Assembly: GCA_951406725.2 (NCBI GenBank)
Contig: OX597840.1
Span: 16,244,001 to 16,308,000, forward strand
From: Octopus vulgaris
Taxonomy: Eukaryota
Direction of reading: 5' to 3'
Length of the DNA stretch: 64,000 nt
Shown piece after piece: positions 1-11,766 of this stretch. The notes under the pieces are model-generated. The model worked only from the letters and a program-made list of their open reading frames with translations, did no database searches and had not been told where the DNA came from. The position numbers were made by a program, and so were the translations under genes. Every line of letters begins with the position of its first letter. Within the stretch, counting starts at the first letter, position 1.

Positions 1-1
1 G

Positions 2-644
2 CCCTATTCAATGTCCTCTCTCGAGTTCACTGCTTACGACCCAATCTTCTTACTGCACCACTCAAACGTCGATAGAATCTGGGCCATCTGGCAAGCTTTA
101 CAGAAACATCGAGGAAATGCATACAACTCTGCCAACTGTGCAATCGAGCTTCTTCGTCAACCGATGTCTCCTTTCAGTTTGTCAAGCGACATCAACGTTG
201 ACTCGCAAACCCGTGAACATTCCGTTCCTTTCGATGCGTTCGACTACACGAAAAGCTTCCACTACGAATACGACTCACTTGACGTCAGTGGCATGTCCAT
301 CCCGCAATTGCAGACAGAGATTAACAAACGTCGAGCTAAGGATCGTATTTTCGTTACTTTCTTACTGGAGGGTCACAAACAGTCCCTTCTCGTTGAGTAT
401 TACATCCGATTGCATGGAAGTACTGACCGAAATAAAGCTGGTGAATTCTACGTATTGGGTAGCGAGAACGAAATGCCATGGAAGTTCGACAGAGTGTACA
501 AAGCCGACATTACTAGACAAATGGAACACCTGCACCTCCATTACAACGATCTCTACCACATTGAATATACACTGAAAGACATGAGTGGTGCTGAAGTGAC
601 AAGTCTTGGTTTAGAACCTGCAGTCATATTTGAACCTGGATTAG
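2..644 (+). CDS. Hc: Hemocyanin exon, C-terminal part of functional unit c (starts before the window)
   Basis: Translation PYSMSSLEFTAYDPIFLLHHSNVDRIWAIWQALQ...EMPWKFDRVYK...IFEPGL carries the CuB-region motif. It ends at a phase-1 donor TTAG|gcaagt. Unit assignment comes from order and recalled similarity to Enteroctopus dofleini hemocyanin. Confidence 0.93.
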
Positions 645-951
645 GCAAGTTAAAGCTTACATTTAATTACATTCAATAATAATTCCATCGCCGCATTAAA
701 ATTGAATCCATTTTTATCTTCTCAATTTTACAAATTCCTTTGAAAAATTAAACCCGAAATTACTTTCATTCCATAATTACATAACCGAATATTTAATGTC
801 ATATTAGCCACACTCCTCCCTACACACAGAATGGTTCATAATTCAATTGGTCTGAAAATATTTTAGATGGCTCTACAAACACTATCGTCGAAGCTTTGAT
901 TAAATGACATTTCTGTATTTTTACTTTCTTTTCGTTTTTCGTTTTTCGTAG

Positions 952-2202
952 GTCATTATGGCGAAGACCGTGCCTGGATCGAACCTGTGACGAGTGCTAA
1001 TCGAATCAGGAAGAATTTGGAAGATTTGGATGTCGGTGAAATTGAATCTCTGAGAAATGCTTTCAAACAGATCAAGATGGATGGTACATATGAAAGAATA
1101 GCAGCTTTCCACGGACTTCCTGCTAAATGTCCGAACGAAGACGGTAGCAAAGTGTACACGTGTTGTTTGCACGGTATGCCCAACTTCCTTCATTGGCATC
1201 GTTTATATACGGTGTCTGTTGAGCATGAACTGTTGGCTAGAGGTTCTTCAGTTGCCGTTCCGTACTGGGATTGGCTGAAGTCTTTCGACGAATTACCGAA
1301 ACTTATCAACGAAGCTACGTTCTATAATTCACGCACTCTTCACATTGAGTCCAATCCTTTCTTCAATGGAAAGATATCATTTGAAAACACAGAAACTGAC
1401 CGTGACCCTCAACCGAATCTCTTCGGAAACAGCTATTTTTATGAACATGCACTGTTCGCCTTTGAACAAACAGACTTTTGTGAATTTGCCACTCACTTAG
1501 AAGTCCTTCATAACAGTCTCCACTCTTGGCTTGGTGGTCGAGATCCTCATTCCATGTCGTCACTTGATTATGCAGCCTACGACCCCGCTTTCTTCCTTCA
1601 TCATAGCAACATGGATCGTCTCTGGGCCATTTGGCAGGAACTGCAACGCTACCGTAAATTACCCTATAACAGTGCCAACTGTGCTCTTGGACTGCTCAAC
1701 CAACCAATGCGTCCTTTCAGCAACAAAACTGCAAACTCCAATCTTTTGACCTTCACTCATAGCAGAGCAAACGATGTGTTCGACTATCAGAATGTGCTTC
1801 ATTACAAATACGACTCACTCGCTTTCAACGGTCTCACTGTTATTCAACTGGAAAATCTCTTGCAACACAACAGACACCAACAAGATCGTGTTTTTGCAGC
1901 ATTCTTGTTGCACGGGGTGAAAGCTTCTGCCGATGTTAGAATTTACATATGTGCTCCGACTGGCCGGAACCAAGAGAACTGTGCCAACTACGCCGGAGTG
2001 TTTTCCATCTTGGGAGGAGAATCGGAAATGCCATGGAGATTCACTCACCTCTTCCGTTACGAGATCACTGATTCACTAATGAAGTTAGGGCTCAACCACA
2101 ATAGTCACTTCCGTATTTCAACAGAAGTTAGAGCTGTAAATGGATCGAAGATAGAAAAGAAAATATTTCCAGAACCAACCATTATATTTGTTCCGAAACA
2201 TG
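952..2202 (+). CDS. Hc: Hemocyanin exon, functional unit d
   Basis: Acceptor tttttcgtag|GT CAT TAT, in frame with ORF 987. Copper-site motifs FHGLP, CCLHG, HWHRL, PYWDW, HNSLH, FLHH. Phase-1 donor CATG|gtaaga. Confidence 0.95.
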
Positions 2203-2355
2203 GTAAGATAAACTTTCTATCACATCCAATATATTTTCATGTTCCTATGCTTGGAGATTTCCTTCTTTTAATTTACATATTTTTTTTAAATTATTGTTTT
2301 TGTAAAATGCTTGCTTATTTCTTGAATTGATGTAAGATTTATTGTCGTTTTGCAG

Positions 2356-3377
2356 GTGCCCATTCCGAGAGCGACGAGAAGAAATTGGTACGAGCAAACC
2401 TTATAAGAAAGAATATAAATCGTTTATCTCTTGAGGAAATCGATTCTCTTATGCACGCTTTAAAACGAATGCAAAAGGACAAGTCTTCAGACGGTTTCGA
2501 AAGCATAGCAACTTTCCACGCTCTTCCACCGATGTGTCCGAACCCAACAGCGAAACATCGCTACGCCTGTTGCCTCCACGGTATGGCCACTTTCCCTCAA
2601 TGGCACCGTCTGTTTGTCGTTCAGTTCGAGCAAGCTTTGCAAAGACACGGCGCCAAAGTCGGTGTTCCCTACTGGGACTGGACTTATCCAATGTCAGAAA
2701 TACCCAGCTTCCTCGCCTTAGAGAAATACGTCAACCCATACACAGGTATCGAAATGTTCAACCCTTTTAACCACGGTCACATATCATATATCAGCAAAGA
2801 GACTATGACCCACCGTGATATCAGCCCACATATGTTTGAAAAACCCGAATTGGGAAAACAAACTTGGTTGTTCAATAACATTATTTTGGCTTTAGAACAA
2901 ACGGATTATTGCGAGTTTGAAATTCAATTCGAGGTCGTTCATAATGCTATCCATTCTTGGCTGGGTGGTAAAGAAATGTACTCGATGAACCACCTACATT
3001 ACGCTGCTTATGACCCAGCTTTTTACTCCCATCACGCCAACGTCGACCGCCTGTGGGTTATTTGGCAGGAACTTCAGAAGTTAAGAGGTCTTCCGGCTTA
3101 CGAATCCAACTGTGCTATTGAAATGATGTCGAAGCCACTGAAACCTTTCTCGTTCGGTCCTCCCTACAATTTGAACCCTCACACCTATAAATACTCTACG
3201 CCCTCAGCCGTCTTCAAGTACAAAGAACATTTCCACTATGAATACGATATGCTGGAAATGAATGGCATGTCGGTTGCACAACTGGAAGCTTACATCAGGA
3301 CTCAGAAGCAAAGAGAACGAATGTTCGCAGGGTTCTTATTGAAAGGAATCGGTCAGTCGGCCTATGCTACTTTCCAG
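2356..3377 (+). CDS. Hc: Hemocyanin exon, functional unit e part 1
   Basis: Acceptor ttttgcag|GT GCC. Motifs FHALPP, CCLHG, QWHRL, PYWDW, HNAIH, SHH. Phase-0 donor CAG|gtaagt. Confidence 0.95.
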
Positions 3378-3440
3378 GTAAGTTTACGCCGCCTTTGCAA
3401 ACCTGAACGACACAGCACTTGGGTTAATATCGAAAATTCA

Positions 3441-3441
<1 letters not shown>

Positions 3442-3519
<78 letters not shown>
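3442..3519. repeat. (CA)n microsatellite in the hemocyanin FU-e internal intron
   Basis: Direct reading. Confidence 0.97.
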
Positions 3520-3520
<1 letters not shown>

Positions 3521-3799
3521 CTACACATCAACTACACGTATACACACAGACAGACATATACGCGCACACATACACACGTCGGACGCAACATATACGTGAA
3601 GACAAAAAGCATAAACACATCTTCCCGTACACTCACTGAGAAACAGTAATACAAACACATTAACACACACTAACATAAACGCATGCATACACACACTAAC
3701 CAGATTTTCGTCTCTGCACTTAGGTTTACTTTCTCATCACTAACACTCTCCGCCATTCCTTTCCGTAAAAATAACCCAAAATCAATTTCTTTCTTTCAG

Positions 3800-4040
3800 G
3801 TTTGTGATAAAAAGAATTCGTGTCACGACGGCAGCCATTTCTCCATTTTGGGTGGAAGCGCGGAGATGTCATGGGCTTTTGATCGTCTTTATGTGATGGA
3901 AATTACCGATATTCTTCATGATATGGGATTGAAATTCGATTCTCATTTCCACATCCATCACCATATCAAGACAGCTAATGGAACTGATTTACCATCAGAC
4001 TTAATCCCACAGGCAACCATTATTCGTATTCCTGCAATGA
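3800..4040 (+). CDS. Hc: Hemocyanin exon, functional unit e part 2
   Basis: Acceptor tctttcag|GTT TGT. Translation VCDKK...ILGGSAEMSWAFDRLY...IRIPAM. Phase-1 donor ATGA|gtaagt. Confidence 0.93.
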
Positions 4041-4078
4041 GTAAGTCGTTCTCATTTCCCTTTATTATTCTCCTTCCA

Positions 4079-4148
<70 letters not shown>

Positions 4149-4201
4149 GTCTGTCTGTCTATCTATCTGTCTATCTATCTATCAATCTATTTATCAATTT
4201 A

Positions 4202-4238
<37 letters not shown>

Positions 4239-4245
4239 CTCTCTC
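4079..4245. repeat. (TCTA)n/(TCTG)n/(TC)n microsatellite in the e-f linker intron
   Basis: Direct reading. Confidence 0.95.
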
Positions 4246-4325
4246 CATTTTCTTCTCTCTTTGATCTGTCGTATCATTTCTAGATTCTCTTGTCTAAATG
4301 TTATCTCGCCTTTCCTTCTAAACAG

Positions 4326-4982
4326 GACTAGAGAAACAAAGATTTATTCCACACAACAGAATTCGCAAAAACATCAACTCCTTAGAAGAACGAGATGTCC
4401 AAAATATCATGTCTGCTTTAACACGTATGAAGGAAGATGAGAGCAATTTCGGATTCCAGACTGTCGCAAGTTATCACGGTTCTACAATGTGTCCAGATCC
4501 AGAGAACGCGAAATACGCCTGTTGCCAACATGGTATGGCAACTTTCCCTCATTGGCATCGTATCTATGCACTGCAATTCGAAGAGGCTCTACGAAGACAT
4601 GGTTCCAACGTTGCAATTCCTTACTGGGATTGGACAACGCATTCTGAAAAGTTACCAAGTGTTTTGTCCAGGTCTGATTACTATGACGCTTGGAATGATG
4701 TTGTGATTGAGAACCCTTTCCTCAGGGGTTACATCAAATCAGAAGATACATACACTGTACGTGATGTTCAACAGGAATTATTTGAACTGGCAAAGGGAGG
4801 TGAAACGTCTTTGCTGTACGATCAAGTTCTACTAATGCTGGAACAGGAAGATTTCTGCGATTTTGAAGTCCAATTCGAAGTCGTTCACAATTCTATTCAT
4901 TATCTCTTGGGTGGTCACCAGAAATATGCCATGTCCAGTTTGGTATACAGCTCTTTCGACCCTATATTTTACATCCACCATT
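4326..4982 (+). CDS. Hc: Hemocyanin exon, functional unit f part 1 (3' splice donor defective, end approximate)
   Basis: Acceptor aaacag|GA CTA. Motifs YHGS, CCQHG, HWHRI, PYWDW, HNSIH, YIHH. Homology stops right after HH and there is no in-phase GT donor. Confidence 0.88.
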
Positions 4983-5009
4983 TAAGTGAAGCTTCATTGA
5001 TATTTCTTC

Positions 5010-5226
5010 TTTGCTTACGCTCTGAGTTGAGTTCAAATGCCAGTGTGGTCGACTTTGTCTCTCATCACTTCGGGGTCGATAAAATAATACCAGTCAAACT
5101 TTGGATCTGTTGTAGTCGACTAGCCCTTTTTCATGACAATATAAGGCCTTGTGCTCATATCAGAAGAGAACTGGGGTCGGTATTATCAGCTCCGAAATTG
5201 CTGGCCTTGTGCCAAAGTTTGAAACC

Positions 5227-5257
<31 letters not shown>

Positions 5258-6035
5258 CGGCGAGCTTAGCCCCATTTCGTCCGTCCTCGTGTTCTCAGTT
5301 CAAATTCTACCGGAGTTGATTTTGCCGTTCATATTTTCGGAGGTCGATAATATAAGTACCAGTGAAACACTGGGGTCGATGTACCCAACTACTCCACTTG
5401 CCACGAAACGGTCTTGTGCCCGTAATAGAAAATATTCCTCTTGTTATAGTTGTTGCTGTCGTGCTGTGAGGGACATGAATTCTTCAACATCTTACACACT
5501 TTACTGGAACTGAACGTTTAAATAGGAATCAATGAGGTTTTTTTTACATTCCAATTCTTTTCTCTCAGATAAAGAACTGTCATTCTATACGGCGTTCATT
5601 TAAAATGCAATTTGGTTTCATTATCGTGTCCCCAAGGCGGCGAGCTGGCAGAAACGTTAGCACGCCGGGCGAAACGCTTTGCGGTATTTCGTCTGTCTTT
5701 ACGTTATGAGTTCAAATTCCGCCGAAGTCGACTTTGCCTTTCATCCTTTCGGGGTCGATTAAATAAGTACCAGTTACGCATTGGGGTCGATATAATCGAT
5801 TTAATTTGTTTGTCTGTCCTTGTTTGTCCTCTCTGTGTTTAGCCCCTTGTGGGTAGTAAAGAAATAGGTATTTCGTCTGTCTTTACGTTCTGAGTTCAAA
5901 TTCCGCCGAGGTCGACTTTGCTTTCATCCTTTCGGAGTCGATAAATTAAGTACCAGTTACGTACTGGAGTCGATCTAATTGGCTGCCCTCTCCCACCAAA
6001 TTTCGAACCTTGTGCCTAGAGTAGAAAAGATTATC
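5010..6035 (+). mobile_element. Cluster of SINE copies (core gagttcaaattccgccgaggtcgactttgcctttcatcctttcggggtcgataaa) in the FU-f internal intron
   Basis: About four related copies (near 5010, 5255, 5634, 5870) with a B-box-like GAGTTCAAA. The same family recurs at 53095-53540, 53950-54190, 54597-54810 and 55412-55622. The core resembles the Meta/MESC-type SINE domain (recalled). Confidence 0.8.
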
Positions 6036-6234
6036 ATGTCCCCATTAGACAATAATAAACCAGTTGGGTATATATACCTCTTACTTTCCAGTGTTAACCT
6101 ACATATATATACATACATACATGCATACGTACATACATACATACATACGTGTAATTTCATATGTATTATCTCTTGTGTGTTTTATAATAAAATGACCGGA
6201 AGTGTTTGACTTTGTTTTATTATATTTGTTTCAG

Positions 6235-6817
6235 GTCGACCGTATTTGGGCAATTTGGCAAGAATTACAAGAATACAGAAAGATGCCGTTCGACAAAGCT
6301 TACTGTGCCCTTGATCAAATGTCTTTGGCTATGAAACCATTCACCTGGGAATCAAATCCCAATTTGGCCACGCGAGCTTTGGCCACACCAAGTATGTTGT
6401 TTGATTACAAACGTTTTGGGTATAAATACGACAATCTCGAGTTCCATGGAATGGATACTGAACATTTGGAAATAGAAATTCAGAAATTGAAACAGAAAGA
6501 CCGCGTATTCGCCACTTTCTTACTCCACGGCATCAAAACCTCGGCCGACGTCCACCTGAAATTATGTGACGACAAGAGTTGTTCAGCAGCTGGTGTTGTG
6601 TTCATTTTGGGTGGAGAAACTGAAATGCCATGGCATTTTGATAGAACATATAAAATGGACATCACAATGGTTATGAAAGAGAAAGGTATCGCTATGGAAT
6701 CTCTTTTCCATCACGACAGTAAAGTACATTTGGAGATGGAAATTATAACAATAGATGGCACTGTTTTAGACCAGAATTCTTTGCCTAAACCGTCGTTGGT
6801 ATATTCTCCTGCAAAAG
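6235..6817 (+). CDS. Hc: Hemocyanin exon, functional unit f part 2
   Basis: Acceptor tgtttcag|GTC GAC CGT (VDRIWAIWQ), phase 0. Contains ILGGETEMPWHFDR. Phase-1 donor AAAG|gtaaga. Confidence 0.94.
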
Positions 6818-6914
6818 GTAAGACAATTGTTTTAATGAGTTCATCTTTACTTTAAATATAGATATGATCCATCTTTCTTCGGTACTTCATAGCTTGCTCT
6901 GTTTTCTTTTACAG

Positions 6915-8120
6915 GATCTGTGCACCAACATCATCATCATCATAAGGAATACGCCGAGGGAACAATTGTTAGGAAGAACGTTAACAGTCTGACACCGTCA
7001 GAGATTGACAACTTAAGACATGCTTTAAGTGATGTAATGGCTGACAAATCTGAGAACGGTTACCAGAAGATTGCAGCTTATCATGGCATGCCACTTAGCT
7101 GTAAATACCCGAACGGTACGGCATATGCTTGCTGTCAACATGGAATGGTAACATTCCCTCACTGGCATAGATTGTTTGTGAAGCAAATGGAAGACGCTTT
7201 GAAACTGAAAGGTGCCAAAACAGGTATTCCTTACTGGGATTGGACGACGCCGTTCACTGATCTGCCAACATTGATCACTGAAGAGACAGACAATCCGTTT
7301 CATCACGCACATATTGATTCAGTTGATGAGATAACGACTAGAGCGCCGCGACACCAACTATTTGAAGGTCGACATTTCTTCTACGATCAAATGATGTTTG
7401 CACTAGAACAAACTAATTTCTGCGACTTTGAAATCCAATTCGAAATCTCCCATAATGCCATTCACTCGTGGGTAGGAGGCAGCTCTCCTTACAGCATGTC
7501 AACTCTTCATTACACCTCATACGATCCACTCTTTTACTTACATCATTCAAACGTGGATCGTATCTGGGCCATCTGGCAAGCCTTGCAGAAATATCGAGGA
7601 CTTCCGTATGATAGTGCCAACTGCGAAATCCACAGACTTAAAAAACCTCTCAATCCTTTCAGTTCCGATGCCAACCACAACGAGCAAACCAGAACTCATT
7701 CGACAGGAGAATCTTCTTTCGATTATCACAAATTACACTATGACTATGATAACCTCATCTTCCATGGTATGACGATTCCACAGTTGGAAACAGAATTAAT
7801 GAAATCCCAAAAGAAAGACCGAGTCTATGCTGGTTTCTTATTGCGTACCATTGGACAATCTGCTGATGTCGAATTCGAAGTATGTCGCAAAGACGGAGAA
7901 TGCAAATTTGCAGGCACGTTTTGCATTTTAGGCGGCAAGCACGAGATGTTCTGGGCGTTTGATCGACTGTATAAATACGACATTACCAGCACTTTAGAAC
8001 AGCTCCGTCTCCATGCTCACGATCAGTTCAGTATAACAGTCTCTATAAAGGCTACTGATGGAAGTACCCTGGCTCCCAGCCTGATACCACCACCAAGTAT
8101 CATGTACCATCCAGCTGCAG
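6915..8120 (+). CDS. Hc: Hemocyanin exon, functional unit g
   Basis: Acceptor ttttacag|GA TCT. IVRKNVNSLTPS...NGYQKIAAYHG...ACCQHGMVTFPHWHRL closely matches recalled octopus FU-g. Phase-1 donor GCAG|gtcagt. Confidence 0.95.
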
Positions 8121-8505
8121 GTCAGTTATCTTACATTTGGCCATTTTTATTCTTTTTAAATCAATTCTTATTTTTTCGTAACTATTCTCTGGTGCATTTC
8201 CAATGATTTATTTATTCATCTTGGTTTCTTTCTTTTTCAAATATTTCTAAATTGCATCAATAAAATATATCGTTGAAAAAAATATAACTTGATCACTTAA
8301 ACAATTCTCTGATACCATATGTCGTTTAATTAATTCCATCTTTTCTAAACATGGTTAGCATCTAATATCTAATCTTATATCTTATAGTAACTCTCACACG
8401 CTAAATTGGAATTTCGTTGAACAAGAAAGAATAACCGTTTCTCACGGACCTCGCGCGCGCGCACTATTTCATCCAATTTAATATGTCTTTCTTTTGTTTT
8501 TCCAG

Positions 8506-8510
8506 CTTGA
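8506..8510 (+). CDS. Hc: Hemocyanin terminal exon, coding part (completes Ala codon, then TGA)
   Basis: Strong acceptor tctttcttttgtttttccag|CT TGA matches the phase-1 donor at 8120, giving ...HPAAA*. AATAAA follows at 8700. Confidence 0.7.
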
Positions 8511-8699
8511 AATCCTCTTTTTAATAGCTCCTCTACTTTTCTGATATGAAACATCGAAGAACGCTCTCTGACGTAACATTTTTTCCCCAACGGTAATGAT
8601 CATAAGGAACTTTACGGCTATAACGCCAATCCAAGGAATATTTCCCAACACTGAAACTGCTTTTTGGATTACGTTTATTGGAAATTTACTCTTTATGCT

Positions 8700-8705
8700 A
8701 ATAAA
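8700..8705 (+). terminator. Probable hemocyanin polyadenylation signal
   Basis: AATAAA about 190 nt after the proposed stop, followed by U/GU-rich sequence (tcttgctttgttcttct). Confidence 0.5.
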
Positions 8706-8788
8706 TCTACCATGAATACTCAATCTTGCTTTGTTCTTCTACCTATTTAAGATTTAAGAGATGTACATTTATATTTAATACGCTCGCG

Positions 8789-9593
8789 GGATCTTTTCCC
8801 TTTGAACGGCATATGTCAACACAATTTCTAGTTAACTAAACACTTTTAAACTCCGTATACTGGTAGAATGTATCAAAATAAAACATCATATTTTTCTTGG
8901 CTTTATTGAGAAAATTCTATAGTTTGTAACATATTTCCACTTTAAAATCGAGCATTTCGGCAATTTTAACCAATCAAATACGTCCATTTGGAATCAAAAC
9001 ATACCGTGCTGTATGAATATGTCCCTTGTTTAAGAAACAGATTGGGCTTATTTACATTTGCGAAGAAAAAAAGATACCCTTCCCCTACCCCTAACCCTAA
9101 CCATAACTCTAAACCTAACCCTAAAATAGATTGAAATGCAAAGATCGATACTAGGGTTATAATTTCATACGATACCGCTACGGAAAATGGGATTTTTTTT
9201 AGCGGTGTCAAATGAAAATGTCACCCATAATTATAACCCTAGTATCGATCTTTGCATTTCAATCTAATTTAGGGTTAGAGTTAGGGTTAGGGGTGGTGGA
9301 AGGGTATCTTTTTTTTCTTCGCAAATGTAAATAAACCCAATCTATTTCTTAAACAAGGGACATATTCATACAGCACGGTATGTTTTGATTCCAAATGGAC
9401 GTATTTGATTGGTTAAAATTGCCGAAATGCTCGATTTTAAAGTGGAAATATGTTACAAACTATAGAATTTTCTCAATAAAGCCAAGAAAAAAATGATGTT
9501 TTATTTTGATACATTCTACCAGTATACGAAGTTTAAAAGTGTTTAGTTAACTAGAAATTGTGTTGACATATGCCGTTCAAATGGAAAAGATCC
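8789..9593. mobile_element. Foldback/MITE DNA transposon, near-perfect 805-bp palindrome with 8-bp TSD
   Basis: Ends are GGATCTTTTCC... and ...GGAAAAGATCC. CGCTCGCG is duplicated at 8781-8788 and 9594-9601. Arms are about 390 bp. Confidence 0.92.
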
Positions 9594-9967
9594 CGCTCGC
9601 GTACACTGAAACGTGGAAACATCTTCGTTACGGTAACTGGCTCGGAGGAGAATACTTCCTTACAGACAATGTGTGTAAAAACACATCGAGCTGGATTAGC
9701 TGTTATGTTGTCGAACTTCCTCTACATTAAACACAGCATCTGTCGTTCGTAGCCGCTGTAGCGTGCAGCCATTCAAATAGTGGCGCTAATTTGTGACTGC
9801 CGGCAATATGACATAATGTCGTATTGCCGAGGAAATATGATTGGTTGAAATAACTGCTCATATTGGAATTCTGAAAATTAGTTAAAGAATATTTTTAATC
9901 GATTTTAATTGTTAAAAGTCAAGTTGAGCAGTTATAAAAACCCTGGATTTGGGGGGAAAAACCTGAG

Positions 9968-10088
9968 AAGAAAAAAAAAGATACCCTTCCCCCCACCCCA
10001 AACCCTAAAACAGATTGAAATGCAATAGATCGATACTAGGGTCATAATTATGGGTGACAATTTCATTTGACACCGCTAGAAAAGATCC
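9968..10088. mobile_element. Fragment of the same foldback family
   Basis: aaaaagatacccttccccc...gatcgatactaggg...gacaccgcta matches the inner arm of 8789-9593. Confidence 0.75.
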
Positions 10089-11094
10089 GGACGGCTTTAT
10101 CAATATCAACTTTCACCCAAGACAATTAAAATAGGCATGCGTAAATGAGTGTAAAATAAGCAGCCTTAAAATAACGACTATCTAAACTACTATAACTGTA
10201 GAAAAACTGGTGACTATAAATATACCACTAAGAACAACTGCTCTTATTATGTAAACAACAAATAAGAAATATCCAGTCGTGAGTGAACAGGAATGTATTA
10301 TATATGATTGTACACAGCTTTCTTTTAATCCTCACTGATTTCTGCGTCTATATTTATTTGATTTTTGAAGTTACACTTCTTCTAGCGGAACGTTCTCTCA
10401 CTCTCTCTCTCTTTTGTGCATGCCCGTTGCTAAAGGGATGCTCTGTACAGCAATGCCTCCTCTCTAGTCAATGGTGCACCCTCAGATTTACAGTAATACA
10501 CTTATTTCAAAACTCCACTTTAGCATTATTACAAATTAGTGTCAACCCAGAATATTCTGAAGCACTCACAGATACCAAACTTTGGCGACGAGCTTGCTTC
10601 TATTAATATGTCTGTATGTATGTATGTACGTATTTCTTTGAATTTTATTAAAGTTCTTCTTAAGACATCTCAAAAGAGATTCTTTGAGTTAAGAGTATTT
10701 GTAAATATGTGGTTCGGTCGGTAGGTCGGTTCAACTGTCGATGTATACACCCTATTGTGTATACATCTAAAGACCCTTTGGAATGTTTTACAAATCTTCA
10801 CTGTACCACTAATAGATTGTATTTGGCGAATTCGTGTCAAGTTTCTTTTGTTCTTTCTTCCAAAAACCTAGTCTTTCTAAGTTCTGTGTGTGTGAGGGAG
10901 AGAAAAACAAAATGGAATTCACGAGACTCTTTACTAATCATTAAATCGCTTCAACCCATTGTGCATCGCTGTCACTTTGATGGCATCGGGTAGTCGAATA
11001 CTGGGAACGGGCTTTAAACGGCATACTACAGAGTGTATACCAAACTTTAAATTATTACTTTATATATATATATATATATAATTTATGCGCCCTT

Positions 11095-11372
11095 TTCAAG
11101 CTTAGTAAGGCTCATGGGCCCGATTTCCCGGTTTCTGTGGCGTATGTGTTCCTCCCAGCTGGACGGTACGCCAGTTCATCGCAGCGTTATCCAAGAAACA
11201 GGAAGAAAGAGTGAGAGAAAGTACAACAGGGGTCGCCACTACCCACTGCCGGAGACTCGTGGAGCTTTAGGCGTTTTTGCTCAATAAACACACACAACGC
11301 CCGGTCTGGGAATCGAAACCGCGATCCTCCGATCGCGAGTCCGCTGCCCTAACCACTGGGCTATTGTGCCAC
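11095..11372 (-). mobile_element. tRNA-derived SINE
   Basis: Minus strand reads GGCACAATAGCCCAGTGGTTAGGGCAGCGGACTCGCGATCGGAGGATCGCGGTTTCGATTCCCAGACC (A box, B box), followed by a non-tRNA body. Confidence 0.75.
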
Positions 11373-11578
11373 CACACACACACACACAATATATTGTACC
11401 GTTTCCGGATAGGAAGATCAATAAAGAAAGTTCTCTATCTGGTGAGAGATAATATTATTTATTTAAAGGACACAATATATGTCTTTAAGTGCCACTAATA
11501 GTTTCATATGTTGAGAAATATCTAAAACATATTCATCAGGCACAAACCACATACAACGAACTAAAAAAATTGAGTATA

Positions 11579-11726
11579 GGCGCAAGAGTGGCTGTGTGGT
11601 AAGTAGCTTGCTTCCCAACCACATGTTTCCGGGTTCATTCCCACTGCATGGCACCTCGGGCAAATGTCTTCTACTATAGTCTAGGGCCGACCAAAGCCTT
11701 ATGAGTGGATTTGAAAGAACCCCGTC

Positions 11727-11766
<40 letters not shown>

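Noticed and set aside
3378-3599. Poly-HT extension of the FU-e ORF
   Set aside because: Read-through into the intronic (CA)n tract past a consensus donor.
9082-9293. CCCTAA/TTAGGG runs as a telomere or fusion site
   Set aside because: Short, degenerate and embedded in a multi-copy foldback element.
10283-10606. 107-aa ORF as an alternative last hemocyanin exon
   Set aside because: No recognisable homology, a weaker acceptor, and it lies beyond the proposed polyA signal.
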